Numbered from the stretch's first letter, positions 9,093 through 20,304 are shown. The stretch: 41,540 nucleotides of DNA from an uncultured beta proteobacterium (GCA_903930665.1 CAIYZI010000694.1:1-41540); one strand, 5' to 3'. The notes: generated by a model from the letters alone, not told the origin. Numbers and translations are program-made.

Positions 9093-9127
9093 CAAAGCTT
9101 CTCGGTGAAGAGAGCTTTTAAATTCTA

Positions 9128-9340
9128 TTAGTACAGCTTCTTAGGCAACATCTGGCTGCGGATGCGCTTGTAATGGCGCTTAGCAGCTGCTGCTTTCTTG
9201 CGTTTACGTTCAGCTGTTGGCTTCTCGTAAAACTCGCGTGCACGCAAGTCGGTCAATAGACCATTTTTTTCAATAGTGCGCTTGAAACGGCGCAATGCCA
9301 CTTCAAAGGGTTCGTTTTCGCGTAGGCGGACTGTAGTCAT
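9128..9340 (-). CDS. rpsU: 30S ribosomal protein S21
   Basis: [33 protein letters not shown]. Confidence 0.98.
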   Translation of the reverse strand: MTTVRLRENEPFEVALRRFKRTIEKNGLLTDLRAREFYEKPTAERKRKKAAAAKRHYKRIRSQMLPKKLY

Positions 9341-9394
9341 TCTTGTTTAACTCGTATATGCTCGAAAAATATCGAAAAATTAACTGAATCACGG

Positions 9395-9403
9395 ATTCTA
9401 GCA
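9395..9403 (-). promoter_or_regulatory. Extended -10 promoter of the rpsU operon
   Basis: TGcTAGAAT on the minus strand, about 55 bp upstream of the rpsU start. Confidence 0.55.
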
Positions 9404-9418
9404 CGACCAAGTAAAAAA

Positions 9419-10492
9419 ATGATTGTTTTAGGAATAGAAACTTCTTGTGACGAGACCGGAGTGGCTTTATACGACACCTCCGCCTGGGAAAATGGCGCCC
9501 CCGCCTCCCAGGGGATCCTTGGTCAAGCCCTGCATTCACAGATTGCCATGCATCGGGATTATGGTGGTGTAGTGCCAGAATTAGCCTCCCGAGACCACAT
9601 TCGCCGTGTTTTACCCCTTTTGGACCAAGCATTAGCCCAGGCAGCAATGCAACTAAGCGATATTGAGGCTGTAGCCTTCACTCAGGGGCCTGGTTTAGCT
9701 GGGGCACTGCTTGTGGGTAGCGCCTTTGCTAAATCCTTGGCACAGGGCCTACAAATCGCTTCAATTGGCGTTCATCATCTTGAAGGGCACCTGCTTTCTC
9801 CGCTTTTGGGTGCTTCTGCCCCCACTTTTCCCTTCATTGCCCTTTTGGTTTCAGGTGGACATACTCAGTTGATGCTGGTTAGCGGGGTTGGCAAGTATGA
9901 ACTGCTAGGAGAAACCTTAGATGACGCTGCTGGTGAAGCTTTTGATAAAACTGCCAAATTACTCGGCTTGGACTACCCCGGTGGCGCTGCTATCTCCAAA
10001 TTAGCAGAACAAGGCACGCCAGGAAGGTTTGAGTTACCCAAACCCATGCTTCACTCGGGAGACTTAGATTTTTCTTTCTCAGGCCTCAAAACAGCGGTGC
10101 TCAATCAAGTTAAAAAATTCGAAGAAAAAAAGATTGTCGACCCGAAAGAAATCCAACAATTTCATGCGGATTTAGCCAGGGGGTTTGTAGATTCATTGGT
10201 GGGTGTGCTGGTCAGCAAATCTGAGAAAGCGCTCCAGCAAACCGGTTGCAAACATTTGGTACTTGCAGGTGGCGTCGGTGCAAATTCTCAACTACGAGCC
10301 GCTTTAAATGAAAAATCTAAGAAGGGTAGATTTGAAGTGCACTACCCACCTTTAGATCTTTGTACCGATAACGGCGTCATGATTGCTTTTGCAGGCGCAC
10401 TCAGAATGCTAGCTGACAATAATGGCTCCACTACATCAGGAGCCTTTGATATTAAGCCGCGTTGGGATTTGGCAAGTAATAACCTGCCTTAG
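9419..10492 (+). CDS. tsaD: tRNA t6A37 threonylcarbamoyltransferase TsaD
   Basis: [51 protein letters not shown]; divergent from rpsU. Confidence 0.98.
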   Translation: MIVLGIETSCDETGVALYDTSAWENGAPASQGILGQALHSQIAMHRDYGGVVPELASRDHIRRVLPLLDQALAQAAMQLSDIEAVAFTQGPGLAGALLVGSAFAKSLAQGLQIASIGVHHLEGHLLSPLLGASAPTFPFIALLVSGGHTQLMLVSGVGKYELLGETLDDAAGEAFDKTAKLLGLDYPGGAAISKLAEQGTPGRFELPKPMLHSGDLDFSFSGLKTAVLNQVKKFEEKKIVDPKEIQQFHADLARGFVDSLVGVLVSKSEKALQQTGCKHLVLAGGVGANSQLRAALNEKSKKGRFEVHYPPLDLCTDNGVMIAFAGALRMLADNNGSTTSGAFDIKPRWDLASNNLP

Positions 10493-10517
10493 AAAATAAG
10501 TGCTTGTTGCTTAGTTA

Positions 10518-11342
10518 CTAACCTAGGCTAATCTTGGCATAAGCACTGTGGTTATGAATAGACTCAAAGTTCTCAGCCTCTACAACCAGAGAAAGAATCC
10601 GAGGATCACTCTTAAGACGCCCCGCTACATCGCGCACCAAATCCTCAACAAACTTGGGATTGTCATAAGCGCGCTCGGTAACCCACTTCTCATCTGGACG
10701 CTTGAGCAATCCCCATAGCTCGCTAGAAGCCTCGCTTTCTGCGGCAGCCACCAAATCTTCAACAGTTATTTGGGTTTCAGAATCCAGCACAACAGACATC
10801 GTCACATGGGACCGTTGATTGTGAGCACCATATTCAGAAATTTCTTTTGAGCAAGGACACAAACTCATCACTGGCACTAAAGCGCACAAGTTCAATTGAA
10901 CATTGATGTGACCAGCAGCATCTTGCTTAGCCTTTGCGATCCATGTCACTTCATAATCCATCAAGCTTTCAACACCAGAAACAGGAGCCGACTTCTTTAC
11001 AAAGTGCGTATAGGTAAATTGAATACGACCTTCAGTGGCGTTGAGAAGCGGAAGCATCTCACGCACCATCTTCACTACTACCGCGCTATCAATCGCTTCA
11101 TCTTGCTTTTGCAAAAGCGCAATAAAACGAGACATATGCGTACCCTTAATATGGGCAGGTAAAGCCACGTCCATTTCAAAATTACCAACCGCTGGAAAGA
11201 CTCCACCTTTGGTGCGAACAGTCAAAGGATGACGTAATCCACGTATCCCTACTTGCTCAATTGGCAAAGCACGCTCATCCCGCGTGGATTGCACATCGGG
11301 CATCACTTCAGTTTTCAAAAAAGGGGCTTTGAGATCGTTCAT
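10518..11342 (-). CDS. folE2: GTP cyclohydrolase IB (FolE2)
   Basis: [49 protein letters not shown]. Start uncertain (ATG 11342 versus TTG 11360). Confidence 0.93.
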   Translation of the reverse strand: MNDLKAPFLKTEVMPDVQSTRDERALPIEQVGIRGLRHPLTVRTKGGVFPAVGNFEMDVALPAHIKGTHMSRFIALLQKQDEAIDSAVVVKMVREMLPLLNATEGRIQFTYTHFVKKSAPVSGVESLMDYEVTWIAKAKQDAAGHINVQLNLCALVPVMSLCPCSKEISEYGAHNQRSHVTMSVVLDSETQITVEDLVAAAESEASSELWGLLKRPDEKWVTERAYDNPKFVEDLVRDVAGRLKSDPRILSLVVEAENFESIHNHSAYAKISLG

Positions 11343-11367
11343 GGCTCTATTTTCAGACAAAACTCAC

Positions 11368-13269
11368 TTATTTGCCCAAAGAGGTCGTATTTGTTGTTAA
11401 AGCAGTCGGAAACCGTTCACTGATGGACTTGGTAATACCATCAACATCCAACCCACAATTAGCCATGAGAAGCTTGTAGTCTCCATGTTCGACAAACTCA
11501 TCGGGAATTCCTAATTGCAGTAGTGATTTACTTAAGCCCAGGCTTGATAAAGCCTCTAAACAAGCGCTACCAGCACCACCTTGAATCGCCCCATCTTCAA
11601 TAGTGACTAAGTAATCATGATCGTTAGCCAAAGCCTGAACAAGTTCGACATCTAAGGGCTTCACAAATCGCATATTAGCAACGGTGGCATCCAGTTTTTC
11701 GGCAACTTCTAATGCAGGGTAAAGCAAGGTACCAAAAGCCAAGATAGCAATACGTTGACCATTAGGCGCATGAGATTGGCGACGAACTTCACCCTTACCA
11801 AGAGCAATTGTGCGCAACTCCTTAGAGGGAATAGTACCTACCCCAGCACCACGTGGATAACGCACTGCACTAGGATGCTGTTGATGAAATGCGGTAGTCA
11901 GCAAGTCGCGACTCTCCGCCTCATCTGCCGGCGTCATGACTAGCATATTGGGAATGCAACGCAAGAATGGGATGTCATACACACCAGCATGAGTAGCGCC
12001 ATCAGCACCAACCAAGCCAGCACGGTCTAATGCAAACAGCACAGGCAAATCTTGAATCGCTACATCATGAATTAATTGATCGTAAGCACGTTGCAAGAAA
12101 GTCGAGTAAATCGCCACTACAGGCTTCATGCCTTCGCATGCCATACCAGCGGCAAAGGTGACAGCATGTTGCTCTGCAATGCCAACATCGTAGTAACGCT
12201 TTGGAAAATTCTTCTCAAATTCCACCAGACCAGAACCCTCACGCATAGCAGGGGTAATACCAATCAATAATGGATCTGCACGAGCCATGTCACATAACCA
12301 CTCCCCAAATACTTCAGTAAAGGTTTTCTTAGCAGAGGTATTGGAAACAACCCCTTTCTCAGGGTTAAATTTACTAGGACCGTGGTAGAGCACTGGGTCA
12401 GCTTCAGCCAACTCATAACCTTGCCCTTTGCGGGTCACCACATGTAGGAACTGAGGGCCACGCCCTTCAAGCGCCAGACGTCGGACGTTCTGCAACATCG
12501 GAATCAAAGCATCTAAATCATGACCGTCGATCGGCCCAAAATAGTTAAAACCAAATTCTTGAAAAATCGTTGAAGGTGAGACCATCCCCTTGGCATGATC
12601 TTCTAAACGTTTTGCAAATTCACGTAAAGGCGGTGCTATCGATAGAACGCTATCAATCCCTTTTTTCGTTGCTGAATAAATATTGCCACTGAGCAATCTT
12701 GCAAGATGGCGATTGAGCGCGCCCACCGCAGGAGAAATCGACATGTCATTGTCATTGAGAATAACCACCAAAGGCAGCTCATCACATACCCCTGCATTGT
12801 TCATGGCTTCAAAAGCCATGCCACCTGTCATGGCGCTATCACCAATCACTGCAACTGCCACCCGCTTTTCACCCTTGGTTTGGAAAGCTCGCGCCATTCC
12901 CATTGCTGCAGAAATACTGGTCGAGGAATGTCCGGTACCAAAAGCATCGTAATTACTTTCAGAACGACGAGGAAAGCCTGATAAGCCATTGAACTGACGC
13001 AAGGTGCTCATACGATCACGACGGCCGGTCAATATCTTGTGTGGATAGCTTTGATGACCCACATCCCAAACGATGCGGTCATGCGGAGTATCGAACACAT
13101 AATGCAAAGCGATGGACAGCTCAACGGTTCCCAAATTTGAGGACAAGTGCCCACCAGTTTTAGAAACGGAGTCCAAAATAAATTGACGCAACTCCTCAGC
13201 TAGCGCGGGTAATTCCTCGCGAGGAAGTTTTTTTAAGTCAGCGGGAGTATTGATGGAATTTAAAGTCAT
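11368..13269 (-). CDS. dxs: 1-deoxy-D-xylulose-5-phosphate synthase
   Basis: [59 protein letters not shown]. Confidence 0.98.
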   Translation of the reverse strand: MTLNSINTPADLKKLPREELPALAEELRQFILDSVSKTGGHLSSNLGTVELSIALHYVFDTPHDRIVWDVGHQSYPHKILTGRRDRMSTLRQFNGLSGFPRRSESNYDAFGTGHSSTSISAAMGMARAFQTKGEKRVAVAVIGDSAMTGGMAFEAMNNAGVCDELPLVVILNDNDMSISPAVGALNRHLARLLSGNIYSATKKGIDSVLSIAPPLREFAKRLEDHAKGMVSPSTIFQEFGFNYFGPIDGHDLDALIPMLQNVRRLALEGRGPQFLHVVTRKGQGYELAEADPVLYHGPSKFNPEKGVVSNTSAKKTFTEVFGEWLCDMARADPLLIGITPAMREGSGLVEFEKNFPKRYYDVGIAEQHAVTFAAGMACEGMKPVVAIYSTFLQRAYDQLIHDVAIQDLPVLFALDRAGLVGADGATHAGVYDIPFLRCIPNMLVMTPADEAESRDLLTTAFHQQHPSAVRYPRGAGVGTIPSKELRTIALGKGEVRRQSHAPNGQRIAILAFGTLLYPALEVAEKLDATVANMRFVKPLDVELVQALANDHDYLVTIEDGAIQGGAGSACLEALSSLGLSKSLLQLGIPDEFVEHGDYKLLMANCGLDVDGITKSISERFPTALTTNTTSLGK

Positions 13270-13286
13270 TAAATCAAAATAATTAT

Positions 13287-14210
13287 TTATTTGCCTCTGT
13301 TAACAACCAAAAGAGCCAAATCTTTCAGGGCCTGCCCTTTACTGCCAAAACCTTCCAAGCTGGCTATTGCCTCATCTTGTAATTGTCTTGCCTGCTTCTG
13401 CGCATAGTCTAAACCCATCAAGGTCACATAGGTCGGCTTATCGTTAGCGGCATCCTTACCCGCAGTCTTTCCAAGGGTTTGACTATCTACAGTGGCATCA
13501 AGCACATCATCGACGATTTGAAAAGCCAATCCCAAGGCCTGGGAATAGGTTGTCAAACTCTCCATTTGCGAAAAATTCAGGCAAGCAGCAATCCCGCCCA
13601 TCTCTACAGCGCAGGATAAAAGCGCGCCAGTCTTCATGGCATGCATTTGCTTTAAAAGTTCTAGATTTAACTTTTTACCGACACTTTCCAAATCAATCGC
13701 CTGGCCACCAGCCATGCCACGAGATCCCGAGGCTGCCGCCAGCACACTAATGAGAGATAAACGAATATCCGCATCGCAATTGGCACCAGCCAAGATTTCA
13801 AATGCGCGTGTTTGCAAAGCATCGCCAACCAATAAGGCGGTTGCCTCATCAAAAGCCTTATGTAACGTAGGTCTACCGCGACGAAGATCGTCGTCATCCA
13901 TACAAGGCAAATCATCGTGAACTAGTGAATAGGCATGAATACATTCAATTGCGGCTGCGGCCGCATCTAAAGCCGCCTCTTGAGGGTTGCCTAACTGACC
14001 AGCCGCATAAACCAATAAAGGCCGAATACGCTTACCACCACCCTGGGCTGCGTAACGCATCGCTGTATGCAATCTAACCGGCTCAGTTTGCACTGGGTCC
14101 AGCAAGACATCTAAAGCCTGCTCAGCTCGCGCCGAGTGCCTTTGCAGCCATTCTTGAAACTGGAAGGAGGAAGTCATTTGTAGATCGCTTAATGCAAGAA
14201 CAAGCGCCAT
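13287..14210 (-). CDS. ispA: Farnesyl diphosphate synthase (polyprenyl synthetase)
   Basis: [38 protein letters not shown]; start overlaps the xseB stop (TAATG), alternative ATG at 14177. Confidence 0.95.
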   Translation of the reverse strand: MALVLALSDLQMTSSFQFQEWLQRHSARAEQALDVLLDPVQTEPVRLHTAMRYAAQGGGKRIRPLLVYAAGQLGNPQEAALDAAAAAIECIHAYSLVHDDLPCMDDDDLRRGRPTLHKAFDEATALLVGDALQTRAFEILAGANCDADIRLSLISVLAAASGSRGMAGGQAIDLESVGKKLNLELLKQMHAMKTGALLSCAVEMGGIAACLNFSQMESLTTYSQALGLAFQIVDDVLDATVDSQTLGKTAGKDAANDKPTYVTLMGLDYAQKQARQLQDEAIASLEGFGSKGQALKDLALLVVNRGK

Positions 14211-14443
14211 TAAGCCTCAAAAACCCGTACCTGCTGCTCTACCTGAGCAAGCATCGCTTGACAATGCTTCAGCAATGCAGCTCCGCGCTGATAGGCCAAA
14301 AGCGTCTCCTCCAAGGAGAATTTCCCTGATTCCATGTCAGAAATGAGCTTTTCTAGCTCTTTTACGGCCTGCTCATAACGTAAATTAGGGTCAATCTGGA
14401 TCTCCAGACCCGGTTTCTGACCTTCAGTTTTTTTTGCTGGCAT
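14210..14443 (-). CDS. xseB: Exodeoxyribonuclease VII small subunit
   Basis: YEQAVKELEKLISDMESGKFSLEETLLAYQRG; conserved xseB-ispA-dxs order. Confidence 0.93.
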   Translation of the reverse strand: MPAKKTEGQKPGLEIQIDPNLRYEQAVKELEKLISDMESGKFSLEETLLAYQRGAALLKHCQAMLAQVEQQVRVFEA

Positions 14444-14501
14444 AGGGAACTTTCTCACTTAAATAGCCCTACATATTAAAGCGAGAAGCCTATTGGATGG
14501 G

Positions 14502-14507
14502 TATAAT
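14502..14507 (+). promoter_or_regulatory. Putative -10 element for the Rieske oxygenase-sulfurtransferase operon
   Basis: Perfect TATAAT about 85 bp upstream of the ATG at 14594. Confidence 0.5.
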
Positions 14508-14593
14508 CCAGCCTTCCTTTCCAATATCGATCCGTCGATGGTTGGATTGGTTATTCCGCTTAGCTTCGGCTGACGTTTTCGGGGGTGGGGAGA

Positions 14594-15700
14594 ATGACTA
14601 ATCTGGCTACCGCGCAGAAACTTGCGCCGTCCAATCTGCAGCTGCCGGTTTCGGCCTATTTTGACGTTGATTTGTATCAACGCGAACTCGAACTGCTATT
14701 TAAGCAGGGTCCGGGCTATGTCGGTCATGAACTCATGGTTCCTGAAGCTGGCTCTTACCGAACCCTAGCCGCAGAAAATGAAGGGCGGATTCTGGTTCGC
14801 AATTCAGAAGGTGTAGAACTCCTGTCAAATGTTTGCCGCCATCGTCAAGCATTAATGCTCAACGGCTCCGGTAAAGTCGACAATATTGTGTGCCCCCTCC
14901 ATCGCTGGACTTACGACCTTGAAGGTCAACTGTTGGGCGCGCCCCATTTCGATGACAAGCCTTGCTTAAATCTGGGCAAGTCCCCTTTGCAAAACTGGCA
15001 AGGATTGCTTTTTGAAGGTCCACGCGACGTACGCACCGACCTGGCCAAACTAGGCGTTGCCGATGATTTGAAGTTTGAGGGTTATGTTCTGGATCACGTC
15101 GAGGTTCACGAATGCAACTACAACTGGAAAACGTTTATCGAGGTCTACCTCGAGGACTATCACGTTGTTCCATTTCACCCCGGCTTAGGAAAATTTGTTT
15201 CCTGTGAAGATCTTCGTTGGGAATTTGGCGAATGGCATAGCGTACAAACCGTTGGCATTCATAAAAACCTCACAACACCAGGTTCACCGATTTACCGTAA
15301 CTGGCATGAAGCTGTTCTGCGTCACTATGAGGGAAAAACACCACGTCATGGCGCGATCTGGCTGACTTACTACCCTAATGTCATGGTGGAATGGTATCCA
15401 GGGGTTTTATGCGTATCAACACTTCACCCGATGGGCCCAAATAAGACAAAAAACATTGTCGAGTTTTACTACCCTGAAGAAATCGCTTTATTCGAACGTG
15501 AATTCGTAGAAGCCGAACGTGCTGCCTACATGGAGACCTGTATCGAAGATGATGAGATTGCTGAGCGCATGGATGCAGGTCGTGCAGCCCTCTTAGCTCG
15601 TGGTGATAATGAGGTTGGACCTTACCAAAGCCCCATGGAAGATGGCATGCAACACTTTCATGAATGGTACCGTCGCGCCATGAATTATCAGGGCGCATAA
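14594..15700 (+). CDS. Rieske non-heme iron oxygenase alpha subunit (candidate putrescine 2-hydroxylase)
   Basis: Rieske motif CRH...CPLH and mononuclear Fe ligands NWK...EDYHVVPFH and EDD; ATG 14594 follows GGGGAG. Specific function is inference. Confidence 0.85.
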   Translation: MTNLATAQKLAPSNLQLPVSAYFDVDLYQRELELLFKQGPGYVGHELMVPEAGSYRTLAAENEGRILVRNSEGVELLSNVCRHRQALMLNGSGKVDNIVCPLHRWTYDLEGQLLGAPHFDDKPCLNLGKSPLQNWQGLLFEGPRDVRTDLAKLGVADDLKFEGYVLDHVEVHECNYNWKTFIEVYLEDYHVVPFHPGLGKFVSCEDLRWEFGEWHSVQTVGIHKNLTTPGSPIYRNWHEAVLRHYEGKTPRHGAIWLTYYPNVMVEWYPGVLCVSTLHPMGPNKTKNIVEFYYPEEIALFEREFVEAERAAYMETCIEDDEIAERMDAGRAALLARGDNEVGPYQSPMEDGMQHFHEWYRRAMNYQGA

Positions 15701-15735
15701 TTCATTTTTACTGCAGTTCTTCATAGGAAGTTCAG

Positions 15736-16566
15736 ATGACTCCTCTCATTAGCGCAAACCAATTAGAAGAAATCATTAATAGCGGCGAGAATGTCTTACT
15801 TTGTGATTGCCGCTTTGATTTAGCCGATCCTGCCGCAGGTAAAAAAGCCTATGAAGAAAATCATATTCCTGGCGCTATCTATGTAGATTTGGATACAGAT
15901 CTGTCTTCCGAAAAAACTGGTAAGAATGGTCGTCACCCCTTACCAAGCCCTGAAGCTTGGGCCCAAACCAAGAGTCGCTTAGGCATAGACCCCAATACCC
16001 TAGTAGTTGCCTATGATCAGCAAGGCTCGATGTTTGCAAGCCGTTTATGGTGGATGCTAAAAGCCACTGGCCACGCTAAGGTTCAAGTGCTCGATGGCGG
16101 GCTTGATGCTTGGAATGGTCCAATGGGTAGCATTCCTCGCAAGCCAACTCCTACAGCTCAAGCAATCAAGCCTATGCCTTATGTAGGCCTGGTTTTAGCA
16201 AGTGAAGTTGAAGCTAACCTAGAACACCAGAAAAAATTGGTCATTGATGCACGTGCCAATGATCGCTTTCATGGTCAGAATGAAACGATGGATCCTGTGG
16301 GCGGCCATATTCCCGGCGCTATCAATCACTTTTTTAAACAGAATTTGTCAGCAACGCTTTTTAAATCGCCCGAACAGCTTTTTAATCATTTTTTAGCGTT
16401 GCTCGGACCACGTAAAGCATCAGAAGTGATCCACCAGTGTGGCTCAGGCGTAACCGCCTGTCACAACTTGTTGGCCATGGAAATTGCGGGCCTGAAGGGC
16501 TCGCAACTTTACGCAGGCAGTTGGAGCGAATGGTGCTCCAATCCTGCAAGACCCATCGAGATCTAG
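15736..16566 (+). CDS. sseA: Tandem-rhodanese sulfurtransferase (3-mercaptopyruvate sulfurtransferase type)
   Basis: HIPGA twice, GRHPLP, SRLWWML, active-site loop CGSGVTAC, YAGSWSEW. Confidence 0.9.
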   Translation: MTPLISANQLEEIINSGENVLLCDCRFDLADPAAGKKAYEENHIPGAIYVDLDTDLSSEKTGKNGRHPLPSPEAWAQTKSRLGIDPNTLVVAYDQQGSMFASRLWWMLKATGHAKVQVLDGGLDAWNGPMGSIPRKPTPTAQAIKPMPYVGLVLASEVEANLEHQKKLVIDARANDRFHGQNETMDPVGGHIPGAINHFFKQNLSATLFKSPEQLFNHFLALLGPRKASEVIHQCGSGVTACHNLLAMEIAGLKGSQLYAGSWSEWCSNPARPIEI

Positions 16567-16589
16567 ACAGAAAAGTCTTATAACTTCCG

Positions 16590-16623
16590 TCTCCCTGTCT
16601 TTTAATGTGAAAAAGACAGGAGA
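16590..16623. terminator. Hairpin at the convergent sseA/ZIP junction overlapping the ZIP stop
   Basis: 10-bp perfect stem CCTGTCTTTT-aatgtga-AAAAGACAGG (16594-16620). Confidence 0.5.
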
Positions 16624-17375
16624 ACTACAAACCCTACGCCACAGGCAATTAAAACTGTTTGACGCAAAGACTCTGCCCAATGTGGTTTGCGATGCATTTG
16701 GGGAATGAGGTCACTTACAGCGATGTAAATAAAACTACTAGAGGCAATGACCAATAAGTAAGGCATTACAGCATGGGCTTTTTCTAAAAAGAAATAGGCC
16801 AAGATTCCGCCCACTACCGCAGATAAACCGCAATAAAAGTTGTAAAGCAAAGCACGAGTGCGCGTAAAGCCCGCATTAATCAACACAATGTAATCGCCAA
16901 TCTCCTGCGGAATTTCATGTGCGATGATGGCTAGCGCGGTGAAGATGCCAACGTGATAGTCGGCCATAAAAGCGGCTGCGATCAGAACACCATCTACGAA
17001 ATTGTGCAGGCCATCGCCAACCAAGATCATCCAACCGCTACGACCCGCCTCTTCAGCATCATGACCATGGTGATGATCGTGTCCATCTCCCTCGTGATGA
17101 TGGCTATGACGTAAAAGTGCAATTTTTTCAAGCAAAAAGAAGCCCAGCAAACCCGCTAACAAAGTGGCAAAGAGTATCTGAGGGCTAGTTCCTTCCATAC
17201 TGAAAGCTTCAGGCAAAGAATGTAGCAATGCAGTCGAGAGCAATATCCCCACAGACACACTCACCATGCTATTGAGCATCTTAGAAAGCGAAGTGGTGGA
17301 GAAGCTAGCGGCAATTAATACACTAACAGTGCCAGCTAAAGCCGTGACCAATAAAATACTTTGCAGAACAGTCAT
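16602..17375 (-). CDS. ZIP family metal (Zn/Fe/Mn) transporter
   Basis: Multiple TM helices, His-rich loop HSHHHEGDGHDHHHGHD, DGLHNFVDG and HEIPQE motifs. Confidence 0.93.
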   Translation of the reverse strand: MTVLQSILLVTALAGTVSVLIAASFSTTSLSKMLNSMVSVSVGILLSTALLHSLPEAFSMEGTSPQILFATLLAGLLGFFLLEKIALLRHSHHHEGDGHDHHHGHDAEEAGRSGWMILVGDGLHNFVDGVLIAAAFMADYHVGIFTALAIIAHEIPQEIGDYIVLINAGFTRTRALLYNFYCGLSAVVGGILAYFFLEKAHAVMPYLLVIASSSFIYIAVSDLIPQMHRKPHWAESLRQTVLIACGVGFVVLLSFSH

Positions 17376-17484
17376 GGTGATTAACAAATTCCCATCTGAA
17401 TCAGTGCAATAGAAGCAAAGCTCGCGAAGTACTCAAAATATTTGAAGTATTTTTGGTGATTTGTGTATTGGATAGATGTCGTCA

Positions 17485-20304
17485 TTAATGGGCCTCTTCC
17501 CAATTATCACCAATTCCGATACTGACAAGCAACGGAACTTTGAGCTGCGCAACCGAACACATGAGTCCAGGCAACTTCTCTTGTAAAAGAGTGATTTCAT
17601 CTAAAGGCACATCAAACACCAATTCATCATGCACTTGCAGCAACATGCGCGTTTTCAACTGCTCTTTTTCCAGCCAATTCTCTACTGCGATCATCGCCAA
17701 TTTAATTAAATCAGCTGCAGTTCCTTGCATAGGTGCATTGATCGCAGCTCGCTCAGCCCCCTGACGACGAGGCCCATTAGAGCCTTTAATTTCTGGAAGC
17801 CAAAGTCGTCTGCCAAAGACGGTTTCCACATAACCATGTTCGCGAGCCTCGCCACGAGTACGCTCCATATATTGCGCCACCCCAGGGTAACGATCAAAAT
17901 ATTTAGCAATATAGTTTTGTGCTGCAGCGCGCTCAATACCTAAATTGCTAGCCAAACCGAATGCACTCATGCCATAGATCAACCCAAAGTTAATCACCTT
18001 GGCATAACGTCTCTGCTCAGAGGTAATCGCCTCAAGTGGAACACCAAAGATCTCTGCAGCAGTGGCTTGGTGCACGTCCTTGCCAGCAGCAAAGGCAGCG
18101 AGTAAATTCTCATCCTCTGCAATATGCGCCATGATGCGCAACTCAATCTGAGAATAGTCGGCCGAAAGCAATTTGCAGCCATCAGCTGGAATAAATGCTT
18201 CACGAATGCGCCTACCCTCTTCAGTACGCACTGGAATGTTTTGCAAATTTGGATCGCTAGATGCCAGGCGCCCTGTAACAGCAGTTGCTTGTGAAAAATT
18301 CGTATGCACACGCCCAGTTTTGGGATCAGCCATACGGGGTAACTTCTCAATATACGTCGACATTAATTTGGCTAGGCTGCGATAGTCCAAAATTCGGGCT
18401 GGTAGTGGATAGTCTTCTGCAAGTTTTTGTAGAACCTCTTCATCAGTAGAAGGAGCGCCTGAAGGTGTCTTCTTGACAACGGGTAATTCCAATTGCACAA
18501 ATAAAATTTCCGCAATTTGTTTGGGGGATTGAATGTTAAATGGCTGACCCGCTAACTGATGTATCTCTCCTTCAAGTGCAAGCAAGCGTTTGCCAACTTC
18601 TTGACCCTGTTTGGATAACAGTGCTGAATCAATCCGAATACCATTACGCTCCATAATGCCAAGCACTCGCATCGCTGGCATTTCAATCTTTTCATAAACA
18701 TATAACAGGCCAGGATTCGCCTGGATCTGCGGCCAAAGCTCGAGATGTAAACGCAGAGTGATATCTGCATCCTCAGCTGCATAGTCCGTGGCGATCTTGA
18801 GATCCACTTGATCAAAGCCAATCTGATGTACGCCTTTGCCACAGACCTCTTCATAGCGAATAGTCTTCATCCCCAAATGGCGCTCAGCCAAGCTGTCCAT
18901 ATTGTGAGGAAGATGGGATTCCAAAACATATGACTCCAACATGGTGTCAAAACGAATCCCCTGAAGCGTAATTCCATAATTGGCAAAAATATGGGCGTCA
19001 TACTTTAAGTTCTGCCCAACTTTTAAGTGAGCGCTACTTTCTAACCATGGTTTAAAGCGCGTAAGAACTAAGTCTCGACTTAACTGCGTTTCGCCATGCC
19101 GATGCGCAACTGGAATGTAACAAGCTTCTCCAGGAGTAACTGATAGGGAAATACCTACCAATTCTGCAGCTAATGCATCTAGGCCAGTAGTCTCGGTATC
19201 GACCGCGACTAACTGAGCGTTCTCAATTTTTTTGAGCCACCTATCTAGACCTGCTTCATCAACTACGCACTCATAGTTACGCCCAATAGCATCTTGAAGA
19301 TCAGTTACTTCTTGAGTCAATACTTTAGTGGGTGCACTGGCTTTCTTGGCATCAGTGCTATGAGCAGATGATGTGGCCGAAGGTAATGGGCTGCCAGCCA
19401 AATCAAAGGCTAGCTCTTCTACAACCCCATCAGAGCTACTCAGTTTTTTCTCAACATCGCGTAGCCAAGTTTTAAATGCATAGCGCTCAAATAATTCTCG
19501 TAGAAGCGGAGCATCTTCCGGTTTTGCATGCAGATCTTCCAGTCCAGGAAGATGTGGCGATAAATCACAATCTGTTTTCACTGTGATGAGTTGTCGTGCT
19601 TGGGGCAACCAATGCAAAGTAGCTCGCAAGTTCTCACCAACCACACCCTTTACTTGATTGGCATTAGCCATCAAGTTATCTAAATCACCAAATTCTGCAA
19701 GCCACTTATTGGCCGTCTTTGGACCAGCTTTTGGTACACCTGGTACGTTATCTACTGCATCACCAATGATGGAGAGATAGTCAACAATGCGTTCAGGCGG
19801 AACTCCAAATTTAGCAATCACCCCTTCGATATCTAACTTTTCATTGGTCATCGTATTAATGAGCGTGACCGAAGGATTGACTAACTGAGCAAGATCTTTG
19901 TCACCAGTAGAGATGATGGTTTCCCAACCAGCCTGAGTCGCCTGACAAGCCAAGGTGGCAATGACGTCATCCGCCTCAACACCAGTAACCATTAGAACGG
20001 GCCAGCCTAAAGCCTTCACCATGGCGTGAATAGGTTCAATTTGCTTGACCAAGTCTTCTGGCATGGGTGAGCGATGGGCTTTGTATTCGGAATACATTTC
20101 ATCGCGGAAAGTCTTGCCTTTGGCATCAAAGATGCAGGCGATGTAATCCGCCTTGAGCTCTGATCTAGCCCGGCGCATCATATTGACCATTCCATAAATC
20201 GCCCCAGTGGGCTCACCCGCCCCATTTCTAAGATCTGGCATGGCATGAAAGGCGCGATACAGGTAGCTAGAGCCGTCTACCAACAAGAGTCTATGTTTAG
20301 TCAT
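17485..20304 (-). CDS. polA: DNA polymerase I
   Basis: LLLVDGSSYLYRAFHA 5'-3' exonuclease start, VDTETTG 3'-5' exonuclease motif, ADYSQIELR, KVINFGLIYG, QVHDE. Start set at MTKHRLLL (20304). Confidence 0.98.
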   Translation of the reverse strand: MTKHRLLLVDGSSYLYRAFHAMPDLRNGAGEPTGAIYGMVNMMRRARSELKADYIACIFDAKGKTFRDEMYSEYKAHRSPMPEDLVKQIEPIHAMVKALGWPVLMVTGVEADDVIATLACQATQAGWETIISTGDKDLAQLVNPSVTLINTMTNEKLDIEGVIAKFGVPPERIVDYLSIIGDAVDNVPGVPKAGPKTANKWLAEFGDLDNLMANANQVKGVVGENLRATLHWLPQARQLITVKTDCDLSPHLPGLEDLHAKPEDAPLLRELFERYAFKTWLRDVEKKLSSSDGVVEELAFDLAGSPLPSATSSAHSTDAKKASAPTKVLTQEVTDLQDAIGRNYECVVDEAGLDRWLKKIENAQLVAVDTETTGLDALAAELVGISLSVTPGEACYIPVAHRHGETQLSRDLVLTRFKPWLESSAHLKVGQNLKYDAHIFANYGITLQGIRFDTMLESYVLESHLPHNMDSLAERHLGMKTIRYEEVCGKGVHQIGFDQVDLKIATDYAAEDADITLRLHLELWPQIQANPGLLYVYEKIEMPAMRVLGIMERNGIRIDSALLSKQGQEVGKRLLALEGEIHQLAGQPFNIQSPKQIAEILFVQLELPVVKKTPSGAPSTDEEVLQKLAEDYPLPARILDYRSLAKLMSTYIEKLPRMADPKTGRVHTNFSQATAVTGRLASSDPNLQNIPVRTEEGRRIREAFIPADGCKLLSADYSQIELRIMAHIAEDENLLAAFAAGKDVHQATAAEIFGVPLEAITSEQRRYAKVINFGLIYGMSAFGLASNLGIERAAAQNYIAKYFDRYPGVAQYMERTRGEAREHGYVETVFGRRLWLPEIKGSNGPRRQGAERAAINAPMQGTAADLIKLAMIAVENWLEKEQLKTRMLLQVHDELVFDVPLDEITLLQEKLPGLMCSVAQLKVPLLVSIGIGDNWEEAH

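Noticed and set aside
10518-17375. Zinc-starvation module (folE2 plus ZIP transporter)
   Set aside because: folE2 sits in the housekeeping dxs operon, and no shared operator is visible
17429-17449. Imperfect dyad TACTCAAAATATTTGAAGTA upstream of the ZIP transporter as a Zur box
   Set aside because: Does not match the proteobacterial Zur consensus; AT-rich dyads arise easily
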